Part shown: one piece after another, positions 11,509-25,528 of the stretch | Layout: each line of letters starts with the position of its first letter | How positions within the stretch are numbered: position 1 is the first letter of the stretch | Origin: Amoebophrya sp. A120 | Taxonomy: Eukaryota; Protista; Dinoflagellata | NCBI GenBank assembly: GCA_905178155.1 | Contig: CAJINV010000002.1 | Location: forward strand, 303,713 to 367,712 | Reading direction: 5' to 3' | Length of the DNA: 64,000 nt | Notes under the pieces: generated by a model | Database searches by the model: none | What the model was told of the DNA's origin: nothing | What the model saw: the letters and a program-made list of their open reading frames with translations, nothing else | Program-made: the position numbers and the translations under genes

Positions 11509-12908
11509 AATTAATGTTACCGACATTGCGCACTAGCACGACATAAGAACCGCGGCCTGCAGTGCACAGGATAAAAATGAGGAGAAAGCGCATAGACACA
11601 CGACTACCATCCGATGGTCTTGTTTTCTTTTTCTTTTTTCGTGGAAGATAAAGAGGAAATTTTTTGCGACAGTCCCTCGTTTTGGTTTTTCAACATGATG
11701 CAGCACTTCTTTCATTCTCCTCCATGCGATTAAAGTCGTGTTTGTGCTGTTGGTTTTTCTACGTTTATTAATGGACCCGTGGGCCGATAATTTTTCCAAA
11801 GTACTATGTATAATTGGTCTCGCTGCTTGAGCATTGATTTCTCGTCAGACGCTCTCTTAGCTATTGCTTACGGGAAGACATCAAGTACCTCCCGACTAGT
11901 GCAGTAGCATGATCCTTGAACAAACAATATTACGCTGCAAGGCGAGGCAGCTGAGCTTCATGTTTTATTACAACCCATGTGAATGTGAAATAAGAAAAAG
12001 TGTCTTACTATGAGCTTGTCTGGAACTACTTCTATCGTCGAAAAAGGTACTACTAGTAGTCCTTGCATATAATCTATTATGCTTCTAGCTGAAAGTCAAA
12101 GTTCATCAAATTCGTTGGAGTGATCAGGTGAGACCGAGACCCAAACACGACCTGAGAACAAGTGCTTGTTTGAAGAAAACCATGGTTACTAAAGTGTGCT
12201 GTCGCTGATGAGGTAGTCGCGTGAGTAACGTAAGTAACTCGATAGATAAAGATACTCATGCACGGAAACTAACAAAAGGTCCTGGATAGGCGCGCGCCTG
12301 ATCGATGATAATTTCCTCAATAGAGCAGGGGAAACATAACTAGCTAAGTATATGAATCTTCTAGGCCCGCTACAATATTAGCGAGCTGACCTTCGCCTTC
12401 CTGCCTGACATTTTGTGAATTCAAACATTTCGAAGTAGATGCAACCTTATTTATTGACACGAAATAATTCTTCTCGCTTCGACATAGAATTATCAATATT
12501 TGGCCTGTACTTCGAGGATAGGCTTTTCGGTACAAATTTGATGCTTCATGCGCACGATCATGTTAAGCACAGCTACTTTGCTTGCTACTTGTTACTCTAA
12601 TATGTTAAGAAGATGATGCTGTGACTGTGTTTTCGGTTAGTATGTACTTTACACATAAGCGTGTTTTTCATCTTGTCGCTTCAAATAGTAATGCGTAGTT
12701 CACGTATCTACTACATAGGGAAGAAAATACTATATGGTAGTTTTCTTTATACTCTTCTGGAAAATATTAAAAGCGACCGACCTGCTCCTGCACCTTTCTT
12801 TTCGTGAAAAAGATCCGACAGAAGTGTGGAGATGAGAGTCAAAGATACAAAGCGTGTATTTTTAAAGGACCTCCACATGATAATCGGGACCACAGGCATT
12901 TCCATTTT

Positions 12909-15900
12909 TTACACCGAAGATGCGGCAGCATTTGTTGTACAATTAGAGTCTTCATCTTCTGCTCCGTCAACACTTTGCCCTCTTCTACTTCCGCGACAGT
13001 GAAGATCTTCTTCGGGACAATTTTGGTGCGTTTCTGTCCCGTGACTTTGCTCTTCTTCGCCCGAAGCGGCCAAGTTGGCTCGGACAAATGTTCCTGCCGC
13101 GGCCGAACAAGATGCGGATAGAAGTTGTACTCCTTCTGTGCTACTACAGCTGTACTGCTCGCCATCAGCTTGGTACCTGGACATCAAGTTTTCGAGTTTA
13201 TTCTGTGTAAAAACGTCCCCACCCCAGAGTCAAGATGGGCGACATCTCGCAACACAAATCCAGAAGCTTTGGGAGTCACGCATGACAAGTTTCTCTCTGC
13301 ATTGTAGTGCAGTCTAGCAAGTGCAGCCGCATCACAAAGCCATCTACTTATCCTGTTGACAGCATCAGAAATTCCAAAACACGATTGAAAATGCATGCGC
13401 ATTGCAAATCTTCCTACAAGTACAATTGCAAATCTGCATGACAACTCTGGGGTGGGGACGATGTTTTTGCATTTGATAGAGTTCGTTAAGTTGCCACTTT
13501 TCGTATTCCGTGTGCGCATGACTTGTATCCACTTCCTCCGGCGGCGGGTATAATCCGCCGACCACCCGCGCCCGCTGCAACAGCGCGGCATCCATGTCGG
13601 GATTAGCAGTTGTAGGGGCCCGACTCAATAAAACTCCCGATGTATGTAAAGGTTGTTGCACTGTGATGACGTACTCGGTCTGCTTCAAATTTAAGGGGCG
13701 GCTGGAGTAAAAATGCTTTGGAGCTTTTATGTGGGACGAGGCGGGCAATGTTGATGTAGTTCGAGTTCCCCCGACGGACAGCGGTTTAATATTAATATTT
13801 CTCGTCGCGCTATTTGGGGTCCACATCGTGTTCTTTTTCTTTTCCTGGTGATAGTACTCGAGATGTTGGGCCTCTTTAGAAGTACAACTCTTGTGCAGCT
13901 GCGGTCCCTTGTTATTCAGACCAGCTCCGGCGCGTCGTGCAGCTGCAGTCGTTCCTCGGCCGTCCTCGTCGGAGAACATCAAGCTACCTGGCACATCAAC
14001 ACCCTCGGAGCTGTGGTCCCGCGAAGATGACGAAGAAGAAGATGGTGGACCTTGTTCTCGAGAAGTAGAAGTAGTACGGGGATTTGTATAGTGGACCACG
14101 CTAGAAGTACGCTGAAGATGCTGATGATCACCCAGCTGCGTGGCGTTTGCGAAGGCGGCTTGTGGTACGTCGCGGTGACCCGCCCTAGTATTTGTTCTCG
14201 TAGAAGGAGCAGGCGCAGGAGCTCTTGGTCCTTTATTCACGAAGCGCCGCCTCTTCACATCGAAAATTCTTGACTTGGAAGCGCTCTCCTGTCTTTTCCT
14301 TCTCTTCTTCAAAACAGCCCGGAGAAGCAGCACGGCCACGAATATTCCCGCGAGAAACAGAACAGCACCGATTACAACAAAAGCGTAGAATATCAACTGT
14401 AAAAATGTCTGTGTCTGGAGAAATCCAACTTGTCATGCTGATTTTGGATCCTAAAAAAATCTGTATTGCATGAGCAGCAATGAGAGTCCAAGTTTTGCTA
14501 CACGTAAAGAGCACTTGTCATGCGGTATAGGCATCAGGAAGCCCTCACAAAATCTGTGATGCTAAGGCATGCATCACAGACATCAGGAGTCATGCAAAAT
14601 GTGCATGACAAACCTGGCAATCTTCCAGACCCAGACATTTTTGCATTTCATATAGAAAAGGGCTTCCTGCCTCCGCTCCTCCGCTGCTATGGCGTTCTGA
14701 AATCTCTGCGAAGTGTCCTGCATCGCTATCGTGAGCAAAAACGTCCCCACACCAGAGTCAAGATGGGAAATCTGCTAGACACATCAGCCAGCTTTGGTTG
14801 TTTCGCATGACAAGTTTGCCCTCATAGTGTGATCCTGTTTAGCTAGTGCTAGTTTTAGCAGCATCAGAGATCTAGCGTTTCATGCTGATTGGAGCATGAC
14901 AGATTCTAAAACACGACTAGAAAAGGCTTCTGATGGAGCTCCGCATGAGAAACATTTTCAGCATGCAGATTAGCATGACAACTCTGGGGTGGGGACGTTT
15001 TTACTCAGAATAATCGCGTTGCGGTTTTGCGCCACCGCTAAGTGGCAAATGTCGTCGTCATCGCGGAGTTTGTGATGCAAAAACCGGAGGGCACGCCCGC
15101 AGTGGCACACCGCGGCAATCGCCAGCTCGCGGTTTTGTAGAAGCATACTGGACGATAGTGTCGTGGTAGAAGTACTTCTTCTGCCAAGGAGGTGGCGGGA
15201 CACGACGACCTCGTTGTTGATGTGTAGTTGCTTGTGAGAAGATAGTAAGAGCCGTTGCTCCTCGACGTCCCCTGCTTGATTTGCTTCTGCATGATGGGCA
15301 AGAAATAAACTTGTAGTCCTCGTCTTTCCAGCAGCATTGTGTGTTTTCGCTCGTGCTGTTGCCAACGGTTGATGTCCTCTCTGATCGGGGGAGGAAGTAG
15401 TCCATCTCGTCGTGTGAGCATGTTCATCATCACCTATTCCCCCACCACGACACGTTGTTTCTTTCACGAAGGACAACACCCGGCAGTCCTCAGACCGGTC
15501 ATTTTGCACCGCTAGTGTCACGATTTCCAAGGAGCTTTTTCTCAACCTTTCCGACGCGTATCAAATGCAAAAATGTCTGGGTCTGGAAAGTTGTGATGCT
15601 AAAATGTGCATGATGGAAACACTTCCGAATGCAGACCAGCATGACAACTTTCCGGAGCACTTTCCAATAGGCAGCCCGCATGAGAAACTGCGTTTTTGCA
15701 TGACAAAAATGGCTGCGGCTTTTGTCGGTTATGCAATACAGATTTTCCAGGAATGCAAAGCTAGCATGACAAGTTCCAACTTTCCAGACCCAGACATTTT
15801 TGCAGTTGATAACGCGAACTCCAATGCCATACCCGTTTGCTGAACCGCGACGGAGACCACTTCTTCATCGTCAGCGAAATTTAGTGGCTGGTCGCCGGCG

Positions 15901-18900
15901 TGCGCCTGCGCGTTGTTGTTCCTATCATTGCGGAAGATTGCTTTGGCTTCCTCTCTGTAGTGTCGTGGGTTCATCTCCTGTTCGTGTAGTCCCCTGTCCT
16001 GCTCCTGCCGCAGACGAGAACCATGATGTAGATTTTCCACTACAAACTGCAAGCTCAGGCCGTTTTGCCGGACTGCAGCCAGCACCAGGTCCCGGTTGCT
16101 TTCCTTCAGTTATGCATTGCAAATATGTCTGGGTCTGGAAGACTGCATTAAATCTGTGTTGCATGAACGCCAAAAGCTGCCCAGTTCTTGCTAGGCAAAA
16201 GGCGGCTTTCTCATGCGGAGCGGCATGAGGAAGGCCTCGCAAAATCTGTGATGCTTCTGTGTGCATTCCAGACCATGTGCGTGATTCGCGAGATGCATCA
16301 CAAATCTCCCAACCTTTCAGACCCAGACATATTTGCATTTGATATCAGTCTGGCACTCGCAAATTCCAGCATCAAGCCCTCTTTCCCCACGGCCAGCAGG
16401 GCGATCTCCAAAGAGTCGCGACAGTGAACCGAACTGAACTGGAACGCTCTTGGGTTATTCCCCACTTATCAACTGTAAAAGTGGCTGGGTCTGGAAGATT
16501 GCAAGATTTGTCATGCTAGTCTGGCATGGCTCTGCACTCTGTATTCCGTGGCCACGAACAGCCTCTTTCGCCTGTCATGCAAAAACGCACTTTCTCATGC
16601 GGAATGCGCAGCAAAGAAGCACGAAAAAAACTTGTCATGCTTGGCTGCGCATTACAGCTCACCTATTGCAATTGCTCGCTGACTTGCATTACAAATTTCC
16701 AGACCCAGACATTTTTGCATTTGATACCACTGCGTGTTTCACAATGTTGTAGTCGAGTACCGCTTATGGATTGCAAAAGTATCATTGTAGTAGAAATCGC
16801 ATGACAAATTCCCTCAGCATGAGATGAAACGAAATTTGTAATGCGGATTCACCTGAAGAAGGACATTTGTGATGCATGGCTGCGATTAATCTACAAGTGC
16901 AATGCTTTTGCAGTGGATACCGCTTCTTGCGGGAAATCGCGCAGATCGGTGGAGGACTTCATCGCCTGGTTGAGAAAATAGCTGTAATTCTGCATGTTGC
17001 TCTCGTTGTTCCCGCAAAGGCGGTGGTCCGGGACGATGGAAGATGTTGAGCTTGGTTCAGGGTCAGGTCCTGCTGCTCGCGGGGGTCTGTGGTCACTAGG
17101 GGCGCCAATATTGTGGTGGTTAGTCGTTGTACGTGTTGTAGTACCTCCATGATGTCCGCCACTGCTCACGACAATGGGAGGGCTGCTCGAAGACCCTGGC
17201 TGCATCGTCGCCGTGGCGACGACATTGTTAACAGGCGGGTCCCCGTCGCGCTGCGTAGTTGGTGGCAGGTGAGGCCGCGCAGCTCCCTGTGGAGGAGGTG
17301 CAGCTTTCTGCTGTGGTTGCGGTGCTTGCTTTGGCTGAGGGCAAGGTGGCGCTTGCTTTGGCTGTGGATGGCAAGGTGGCTTCGGCTGTGGCGAATGCTT
17401 CGGCGGCGGCGGTTGTTGTGGCTCCGGCGCTGGTGGCTTTGCAGGCGGCGGGGTGGAAGCCGAAGCAGCTGCACCACTACCACCCGGGCACGGTGGAATT
17501 GTGCCAGCACCTGTCTGCGGCGGAGGCAGCGGTGGCCTAGCAGGAGGAGGAGGTGGAATTATGTGTGCATTTACAACTCCCGGCACAACTACAGCAGCTC
17601 CTGGCGCTGCAACCTGTGATGCAGCAGCAACAGCAGCAGCAGTAGTACCACAACATGCTCGCAACTCTCCAACAACACAAAAATTCTGTTCCAGTCGAGC
17701 GATATCATGGGGGGTAAGTCTATTACTCCCTTCATCCACAATTGTTCCTGGTCCTATTGACGCTCCGCGGGCCTCTCCACAATTCTGTTCCGCGAGAGAG
17801 GTAGAAGTAGATGAGCCTTGTCCCGCGGATGTTGAACCAACATCACCATTTTCACCTCCTGCGGATGTTGTTGACAATTCGTGATGCTGGTGGTTATGTG
17901 AATGTGATATCAGCTCCTGCGAAGTAGATTGCTCTACTTCACCTCCTCCTGCCGCGGCGCCGTCCCCCACTAAAAATGGTTCCTGCAGCTGTGCTGTTCC
18001 ACCGGTTGATGTCTTCGCGGCGGAAGGGGCTGCAGACGCACGACACGATGACGCAGCAGCAGAATGTTCTTGGCTACTACCAGAATGTTCTTGGCTACTA
18101 CCAGAATTAGGTCCTTGGATACTACCAGGAGCAGCGCCAGGTGGTGTTGTACCACCACGACCCACGAAGATGTTCTTGTCACCACCAGCAGGAGCTGCTG
18201 CGTCACTGCTGCTACTTCCACTAGGAGAACGAGAAATGGTGAAGTTGCAGTTCCTGGAAAAACTCCATGGTCGTGATGTAGTTGCAGCTCCTGGAGGATG
18301 AACCACGCTTGTTCTACTTCGCACTGGTGAGCAGTTGTCCATGGGTCGATCGACAAATAAGGGAACAGTAGAGTCGACTACGTTGTCCCTGTCCGCCGGC
18401 CAGCTCCATGTTGTCGTATCCGGCTCTGCCGGCTCATCTGCGGGATCGTACTTGTATGGAACAATCCCCACTTCTGTGACCGGATTTGCCCTCCGTCCAT
18501 CCGACTGTGGGCGCATCCACCAGAGCTGCTGTTTCGGTGTTGCCGTTGTGATTGAAGGGCTATCTCCTGCTTCCGCATCTTGAAGTTCCACTGGAGAACG
18601 AGCTGCGGTACGAGGACCAGTGGCAGGTCGTTCCGGGGGACTACAAGAGGGGTCGGTTCCATCTTTTGAAGCTGCCCACTCGAGGACGCGGCACGTTGTA
18701 ACATCTTTTGAATCTTCCCGGGTTGCAACGTCATCTTCGACCAGCTTTTGAAGCGCACTCGAGGAGGGCAGGCAGTAGATACAACCGGGCAGTACCTCTT
18801 CCTGAAGGACGCAGGGAGCTCCTCCTCCTGCAGATGGTCGTTCTAGAGCCGCAGGAGCTGCGTCCTGCTCCGGGGGAGCTGGCGAGCATTTTTTCTGCTT

Positions 18901-21900
18901 TTCTTCTACTGTCGTCGTTTTGATGTTCTTGTGCACAACATCTACTAGCTCTTCTTCCACCGGTGGATCATTTTGATCTAGAGAAGAAAGTTCCACCAAA
19001 GATGGAGCTGTGGCACAAGGACCAGCGGCAGGTCGTGTCGGAGTAGAGGACACGACTTGTGGTCCTCTGGCCATGCACCAGCGGCGCAGGTTTGCGCGGC
19101 ATATTTCTGTAGTCGCGTTCTTTGCGCCGCCTATTTCTGCAGTTCTTGTGTAAAAATCCGGCGGCCGCTCCTGCAAGTCGGCGTCATCGTCCACACGAGA
19201 ACAACCGGCCCCAAGAACTTCGTGCCCAACAAGCGCAGGAGAGCAAGACTCGTCCTTCTGCGCGTGGTGAAGAACAACTTCGTGCTCATCAGGCACAGGA
19301 GTAGAAGAGCACGCAACGTCTCGGTTTTTACTATTATCCCCAACTACAACTTCCGGAGTCGCCGGCGGGACGGTCGGAGGGCCTCGAATGGTTGCTCTCC
19401 TGTGACGGGGCATCAGCAGCACTCTCTCATTGTAGTCTGTCAAAGCGGCGCGAAATTGCAGTATCTCTGCTGCGCGTTCTCTCTCTTCGCGGACGTGGTT
19501 ACAACAGCGAGAAAAAGGAGCATGACCACGGGCATTTCTTTATCCTGAGCAAAAACGTACCCACACCAGAGTCAAGATGGTAAATCTGCTAGACAAATCA
19601 ACCAGCTTTGGCTGTTTCGCATGACAAGTTTGTCCTTGTAATGTAATCCTGTTTAGGTAGTTCAGCAGCATCACAGGTCTAGCATATGATGCTCATTATA
19701 GCATCACAAATCCCAAAACACGATTAGAAAATGCCTTTCATGGGGCTCAGCATGAGAAACTTTTTTGGCATGCAGATTTGCATTACAACTCTGGGGTGGG
19801 TACGTTTTTACTCAGGATATTCTTGGCGCAGCAGCCGCTGCTGCTGGTCCAATCCAGGCATCGGTTACCGGAAATATATGGAACTGTCAGGTTTGAAATC
19901 GTCAAAGTTGAAATAGTTTGTCATGCATAAAATGCAACACAGAAAATGCCTCTCTTGCAGAGTAGGCAAGGGAAGCAGATTGTCAGCCTGTTTCGGGGTA
20001 GAAATAGAGCTGCTAAAGTAGCACGACAAAAGGCGTCTTCCTTACCCAAACAGCATGACAAATTGGATTCCGGTGCTCCGAAAATTTGTCATGCGCTGCT
20101 TGGAAATTGGTCTTCCAACTGGTATCCATTTTATGCATGACAAATCATTTCAACTTTGTCGATTTCGATCCTGACACTCCCATAAAATAAATATGCAGGT
20201 TTAATAGGAAGCAATAAAGCTGCACTATCGACGGGTTTTGGTATTTATAGGAGTATCAATCGCATCAGAATTTACGTAAGCTATTCTTGGTGTTCAAAAA
20301 TGCAATTTGCGTGATGTAGTCACGCTGAACAATATGACATAGTAAGAATGCAGAAGTTTTTAGTCGCAGTATATGCAATTTGATGTCGGAGTTGTATCCA
20401 ACTACGATAGAAGACTTTACTGTTTCTCAGCATGTAGTTCGATAACAAGTCTCCAAGCGGGCAGGCCCCTGCTTCACCTTCATCCGGATCGCGTATTGTC
20501 TCAGTAATGGTGGATTCATCTCTCGGGTACCGCTCAGGCAGTTTTTTCGACATCAGGTTACTCCAAATCATCTTTATTTTTTCCTGGTTGTCATGGTTGA
20601 TTAAATCAAGCATTCCAGTTGGAGCTTCTCCTTCACGACCACCTGAAGCAGGCGCGGCTGATGCAGACGAGGCTGATGCAGATCTGATGCAGCTGTCCTC
20701 CGGTACTGTGTCATTTTTCCGTGGTTGTACAACAAGGCTTTTGTCGTCGGGCTCAGGTCATCACATGCAAAAGTGTCTGGGTCTGGAAAAGTGCAACGTT
20801 TGTCATACACGTTTTGCATGATGCGTGAGGCCTGTGATGCATGCCCTAGCATCACAGATTCTGTGAGATCGTTACCATGCCTTTTCCGCATGAGAAACTG
20901 CCTCTCGGCATTCTCACAAGTGATCAGCTTTATTGGTAATCATGCAACACAGATTTTTGTATGATTCAGATTTAGCATGGCAAGTTCCACTCTTCCGGAC
21001 CCAGACATATTTGCAATGCATACAGGTATTTCGTTTCCGCTGTACAAGGCTTTTGTCGTGTCGTGGTACAAGGCGTTGGTGTTCGTTTTAAGCAAGCACG
21101 TAGTTGATCCCTCGTCGGTGTGGTGAAGATCAGGCTGTGTCTTATGGTCCTCCTCCGCGTCCGCACGCCCGGACCACGATGAACAGGCGGCGGCCAACGT
21201 CAAGCCCTCGTCTTTTTCTTCTTCCACCTCTTCTCGACCTCCTTGCACATCAAGACCTGGCTTATTCCCTCTCCAACTCGTCGCACTCAGTTTTTTTCCC
21301 TTGCTTTGTGGAAAGTGCAATGTTGCCGACCCCTTCCTTGTTCTTTCCCTTTCCCCCGGGAGGACATTAATAGGACGGCGGTCCCATTTCAAGGACCACG
21401 ACGGGGGTCGGCTGCGGCGCTGTTGCTGTTCTGCTGGTACATCAACCTTAGACACCGGGTTTTTTTTGTTCGTCTTCTTGGTCTTCGGCGGGGACTTGGA
21501 CTTCTGCTCGGAACTGATCATATGGGGTTCATCACAAATAACTTGTTGCCCGCAGGAGATAGAGCCAGCAGCAGCAACAGACTTTGTTTGCACTAAAGTT
21601 ATTTCTGGCTCAACAACAGCAACATCCTCCGCTTGATGTAGATGTAGTCCTGCATGATTCTCGTCCACACGAGCATCTATTTCGGCTTGTTGTTCGACTA
21701 AGTCGGTCGGCGAAGTTGTACTGGAATTTGAGTAAAAATTGTCCTCACCTCCTGCAGCAGTTGCACAGGTCGACGTCGAGCCATCGTCCTCTGCCTCATC
21801 TCGTCTGGGAGGTTGCTGCATCTGCGGCTTTTGGTTCATTTTTTGTTCCCCATGAGCACGGCCTGCTGGACCACACGCCTTCTGAACATGAGTAGAATTA

Positions 21901-23406
21901 TGATGGTCAACATTTAATATTTCGTGCTGTAGAAGGTGGTCATCATCGCTTCGAAGAGGGCGTGGTTCTTCGTCGTCTTCAAGTTCATCACGAACTATAG
22001 CGTCAGAGGTCGTGCAGGGAACTTCGTCTACCGCGGTCTGCTCTCTAGTACTCGTACGACCCGGCGCGGTCGGGCAGCGGCCAGGAGCAGGTGTAGCTGC
22101 TTCTAAGGAGATCGAACCTGCAGAAGAGCTGGATGAAGAACTTCTACAGGGGGTCGTCGGCGAAGCAGGTATAGTTGGGGGTTCTGCTTCGACTCTACTT
22201 TCGTCTTTCACGACGACCGGGCCAAGGACTCGTTGTGCCGCCTTATCTATGCATTGCAAAAGTATCGTACTCGCATAAATGCATTACAAATTTCTTGAGC
22301 ATGAGAAATAAAATTTGTAATGCGGATTTACTTTCAGAAAAAAATTTGTAATGCATGATTGCAATTACTACGAGTACGATACTTTTGCACAGGATATCAT
22401 CCTCTTCCCCCTTTTCTTCCTCGCCGCCGCCACTGCTATCGAAAAATTCCAAGGGGGATAAAATACTCCTCCTTCTGGAACGAAGGTTTTGCTTTTGTCT
22501 AGTACTGCCCCTGCTTGTAGGTGTTTTCGAGGTGATGGTGGTGGAGGCGCTGTCGGTAGTAGAGTTTTTGGCTTTTATTTCTTGTTCGCTTATTTTTTCG
22601 TCTTGATGATGTTCCTGCAAAGGAGGTGAAGATGAACTAGAACTACTCGAACTCATCGAGGGGCTCCCAGCATAATTACGAGCCACGTGGGGTTGCTGCC
22701 CCTGGTCCATCCCATTGTCCTCCTCGCTGTTCACCTTATTTTTCTTGTCCCTGCTTTGCTTGTTTTCCACTTTCCTGGCCCTTCTCTCGATGTCGCAGCT
22801 CCTTGGGTGGAGCGTTTGGAGGTCCTCCTCGTCGTTGTCCGATATGTAATAGCTGGCTTCTTCTGCTCCTGCTGCTCTGAGTTTTTTCTTTTTCACGCCC
22901 GCTGGTTTTGGCGATTGCAGCCTGGTTGCGGATGCGAACAGTGAGGACTTCGTACTGATACTTCTGTAATTTGGTCGCCGTGAGGAGGTGGACCACCAAG
23001 TTGTGATCGTATTTTCAGCCACGACCCCGGAGGACCAGCACCCAGCGGGATTACAGGAGAGCCGGTCGCCGTGAGTCCGACTCCGAACTGGTATCGAAGT
23101 AGGCGCATCAAGTCCTAAAAATATTCGTGTTCCGGCAGAAGTACTGGTCGTGTGCTCGGTAGTTGGGTGCCAACGTCGTGCAGATTCCGATTTTTTCAAG
23201 AGCTTAATACAGAAGTCACCAACCGTGGTCCTCTCATCTGCCTCTCCTTGCCCAAGCAGTAGTTCTAGTTCATCGTCCACTGTACAGAAATAACTGTTGC
23301 AGATGAATTGTTGATCCTCGAATACGGTTGTGTTGTTAAAGAGGAGAAGGAACAGTAGCGCCGCCTGGATCCGTCTGAAAACCGGGTAGTTGTCGACGAT
23401 CAACAT
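12909..23406 (-). CDS. About 2,500-aa protein: N-terminal hydrophobic segment, long disordered and Pro-rich region, DUF4116-like repeats, one TM helix, tail; 12 introner introns
   Basis: Removing 12 elements plus 5 bp each (2,989 nt) from 10,498 nt leaves 7,509 nt in one open frame. It contains EIALLAVGKEGLMLEFASARLK, DLVLAAVRQNGLSLQFV, EVVSVAVQQTGMALEFASERLR and TM FYAFVVIGAVLFLAGIFVAVLLL. A 5' extension to ATG 23480 is possible via a 32-nt GT-AG intron at 23425-23456. Confidence 0.8.
13199..13478. mobile_element. Introner element family E (TIR core AAAAACGTCCCCACCCCAGAGT)
   Basis: TAT...ATA ends, perfect TSD GAGTT. Confidence 0.92.
14391..14652. mobile_element. Introner element family A
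   Basis: Perfect TSD TAGAA. Confidence 0.92.
14727..15012. mobile_element. Introner element family E
   Basis: Perfect TSD ATCGC. Confidence 0.92.
15559..15811. mobile_element. Introner element family A
   Basis: Perfect TSD ACGCG; splits a DUF4116-like repeat (EFA|SERL). Confidence 0.92.
16111..16344. mobile_element. Introner element family A
   Basis: Perfect TSD TCAGT. Confidence 0.92.
16467..16726. mobile_element. Introner element family A
   Basis: Perfect TSD CCACT. Confidence 0.92.
16765..16919. mobile_element. Introner element family B
   Basis: Perfect TSD CCGCT. Confidence 0.9.
19541..19819. mobile_element. Introner element family E
   Basis: TATCCTGAGCAAAAACGTACCCAC / GTGGGTACGTTTTTACTCAGGATA; perfect TSD TTCTT. 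Confidence 0.92.
19877..20184. mobile_element. Introner element family G (TIR core TATGGNAGTGTCAGGATCGAAATNGACAAA)
   Basis: Perfect TSD AAATA. Confidence 0.9.
20246..20444. other. Old degenerate introner-derived intron
   Basis: TAT...ATA ends with no recognisable TIR or TSD; removal plus 5 nt joins GDL|SKPVDS in frame. Confidence 0.55.
20759..21022. mobile_element. Introner element family A
   Basis: CAT...ATA ends, perfect TSD CAGGT. Confidence 0.9.
22248..22396. mobile_element. Introner element family B
   Basis: TSD TTATC/TCATC. Confidence 0.9.
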
Positions 23407-25528
23407 TGTCGCGAGGTGAACGACCTGTGGGGCCGCTAGTAAGTACTACCGCTTACCACGTCGATTGAAGACGCCATCATCGTCTTTTCCCTCACGTTCG
23501 CCCCACCGGCGCGGCTCTGATGATTCCTCTTGAAAATCGCTTGTAGTTCGTCCTCCCCGAAGGTGTCGGCTGACTCATGGTATCGTCGAAAAAAGCCTTA
23601 ATATGGCCCGGCATAAATTTTTCTTTGTCAGTACTTATATAAGATTACACGAGGTGAATCAATAGCGCGGATGCTGTTCTGCAATGGACATCTGCGTAAA
23701 CTAGGGTCGTATCATATAAAGGCAAAGAGTGCCCCCTTCTGTAGCGTTTTCGTTTTGTCTGTCTAGAAAGGTTTTTTTAGTGTCGAGCAAGCGATTTCTT
23801 TTTGTTTATATAGTTTTCTTGATGTAGATGCCGTAGTTAGTGCTGATTTATACTATTCGGTAGAAATTATCCGCCTTAACAAATTTCATATCACAATATT
23901 CGCGATCAAGTATGGAGTGACCACTGATTAGTTTCTTCCTATTGATGTTGTGTTTAACGAGTTATAATTAAGGGAAAGTACGCAGTTCCTCACTTTCCAC
24001 CCGAGGTATTACAGTCCAACCGTGCCGGCTGGTAGTTCGTCTTTTTCATCTCCCCCGGGGGGTGCAAATAATGTGTAGGTGTCATGTTGACACAACAGAG
24101 GCGGCCCATATTGGAGTAATATAATTCTACACTAAAAGCATCTATTACTACTGTATTAAAAACGATATACGAATAGTAACTACGACTAACCACTGTGCCG
24201 GTCCGGAAGAAGTCAAATTTTGAAAAAAAGAAAAGAGCACGCGCTTTCTGCGAAACAACACCTCACAATTTTCGCCACGAGTCTGTTGAGCAGAGATCTT
24301 CACAGCGTTGGATTTGGACCACCGTAGCTTTGTTCTCGGAACTTCTACGTAGGAACGCCTCAGAGCAGTAGACCACCGGGCGATCCTGCCAACCCGTTCT
24401 TCTGCAATCTGCCACGACAACGTCTTTCTAGAAGATCAAAGGAACAAAAATGTCGGCGGAGATCAAAGCTTACTCCGCCGGCATTATGTGGCGGAACCGC
24501 CCACAATTGTGCGGATCTCATGATCTCGATGTTGAAGATGCACATTTTCAGGTAAACTGGTTTGAGCAGGACCTGTATGTGTACAAATAGAGAACGTTTT
24601 GGGATCGTGTGTTTTTCCCACTGCCGATAAGGCACAAAAATAGCAGATCTGCGTTGAACTTGTTTCAAAGAACGAAATTTGTAAACCGGCCCATGCTGTG
24701 ATAGAGCCCTGGTTTTATGTCAATCTCACGACAAGCGGCGACTATACCGTGGTAGTTTGCATTTCTAACATATCATTACGTAAAAGCCACGATCATGCTC
24801 GAAATTAAAAGAACATTTTGATTTTCTATACCAAGCTATTAAGACACTGTGAAGTCAAATTTGATCAAAAAACCACTTCACCCGCCTTTGCTTGAAAAAA
24901 AAGCCGCAAAAGGAAGACAATTGCGATCTTGAGGGAGACACGAAAATTGCATTTATGCGTGAAGGCCACAAAAGGTAGCCCTTTGGGCGTCCAGGAGTAT
25001 TTTTCTTGAAATTAAAATGATAATTGACATTTGCGTTTGTAAAGATAGCTAGCACCCGCAAAACATCGTACTTAGCGGCGCCTCTAACATGAGCATAATC
25101 CTTAAAGCGGTTCCTTGTTTCTCGTCGTTGTTGAAAAGGCAGACGAACGAATGAAACTCGCTGCTGACACACGATTTTTCTTCAATTTCGAAACTAAGCA
25201 CGCACCTCCTCCCCGCGAAAAACGAAGAGGAACGCCGCGAATTTTCCGTCGGCGAAACAGGAAGAAACCCTGCGCAAATAGTAGAGGATTTGCGTTGACC
25301 CAGCACGGAAAAGTTGGCGAAGCGCGCCGCTTTCCTGTGCCCACCACGGATCGAAAGATAACCTCCATCTCGTCGGACCACCCTAAGCCGCTCTGATTTC
25401 CGCCCCAATAGACACCAACCGCCCGGCGCCCCGTACGATCCAGATCCCGCGAGCGAGCAGGGCGTGCGTTGGCACCCACTTTCATCTTTCCACGAAGCGG
25501 TGGAGATAGGAACCTGGTCCCCAAGATA

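Noticed and set aside
14678-14700. Family F end (TATGGCGTTCTGAAA)
   Set aside because: No partner TIR; the sequence is in-frame exon (FQNAIA)
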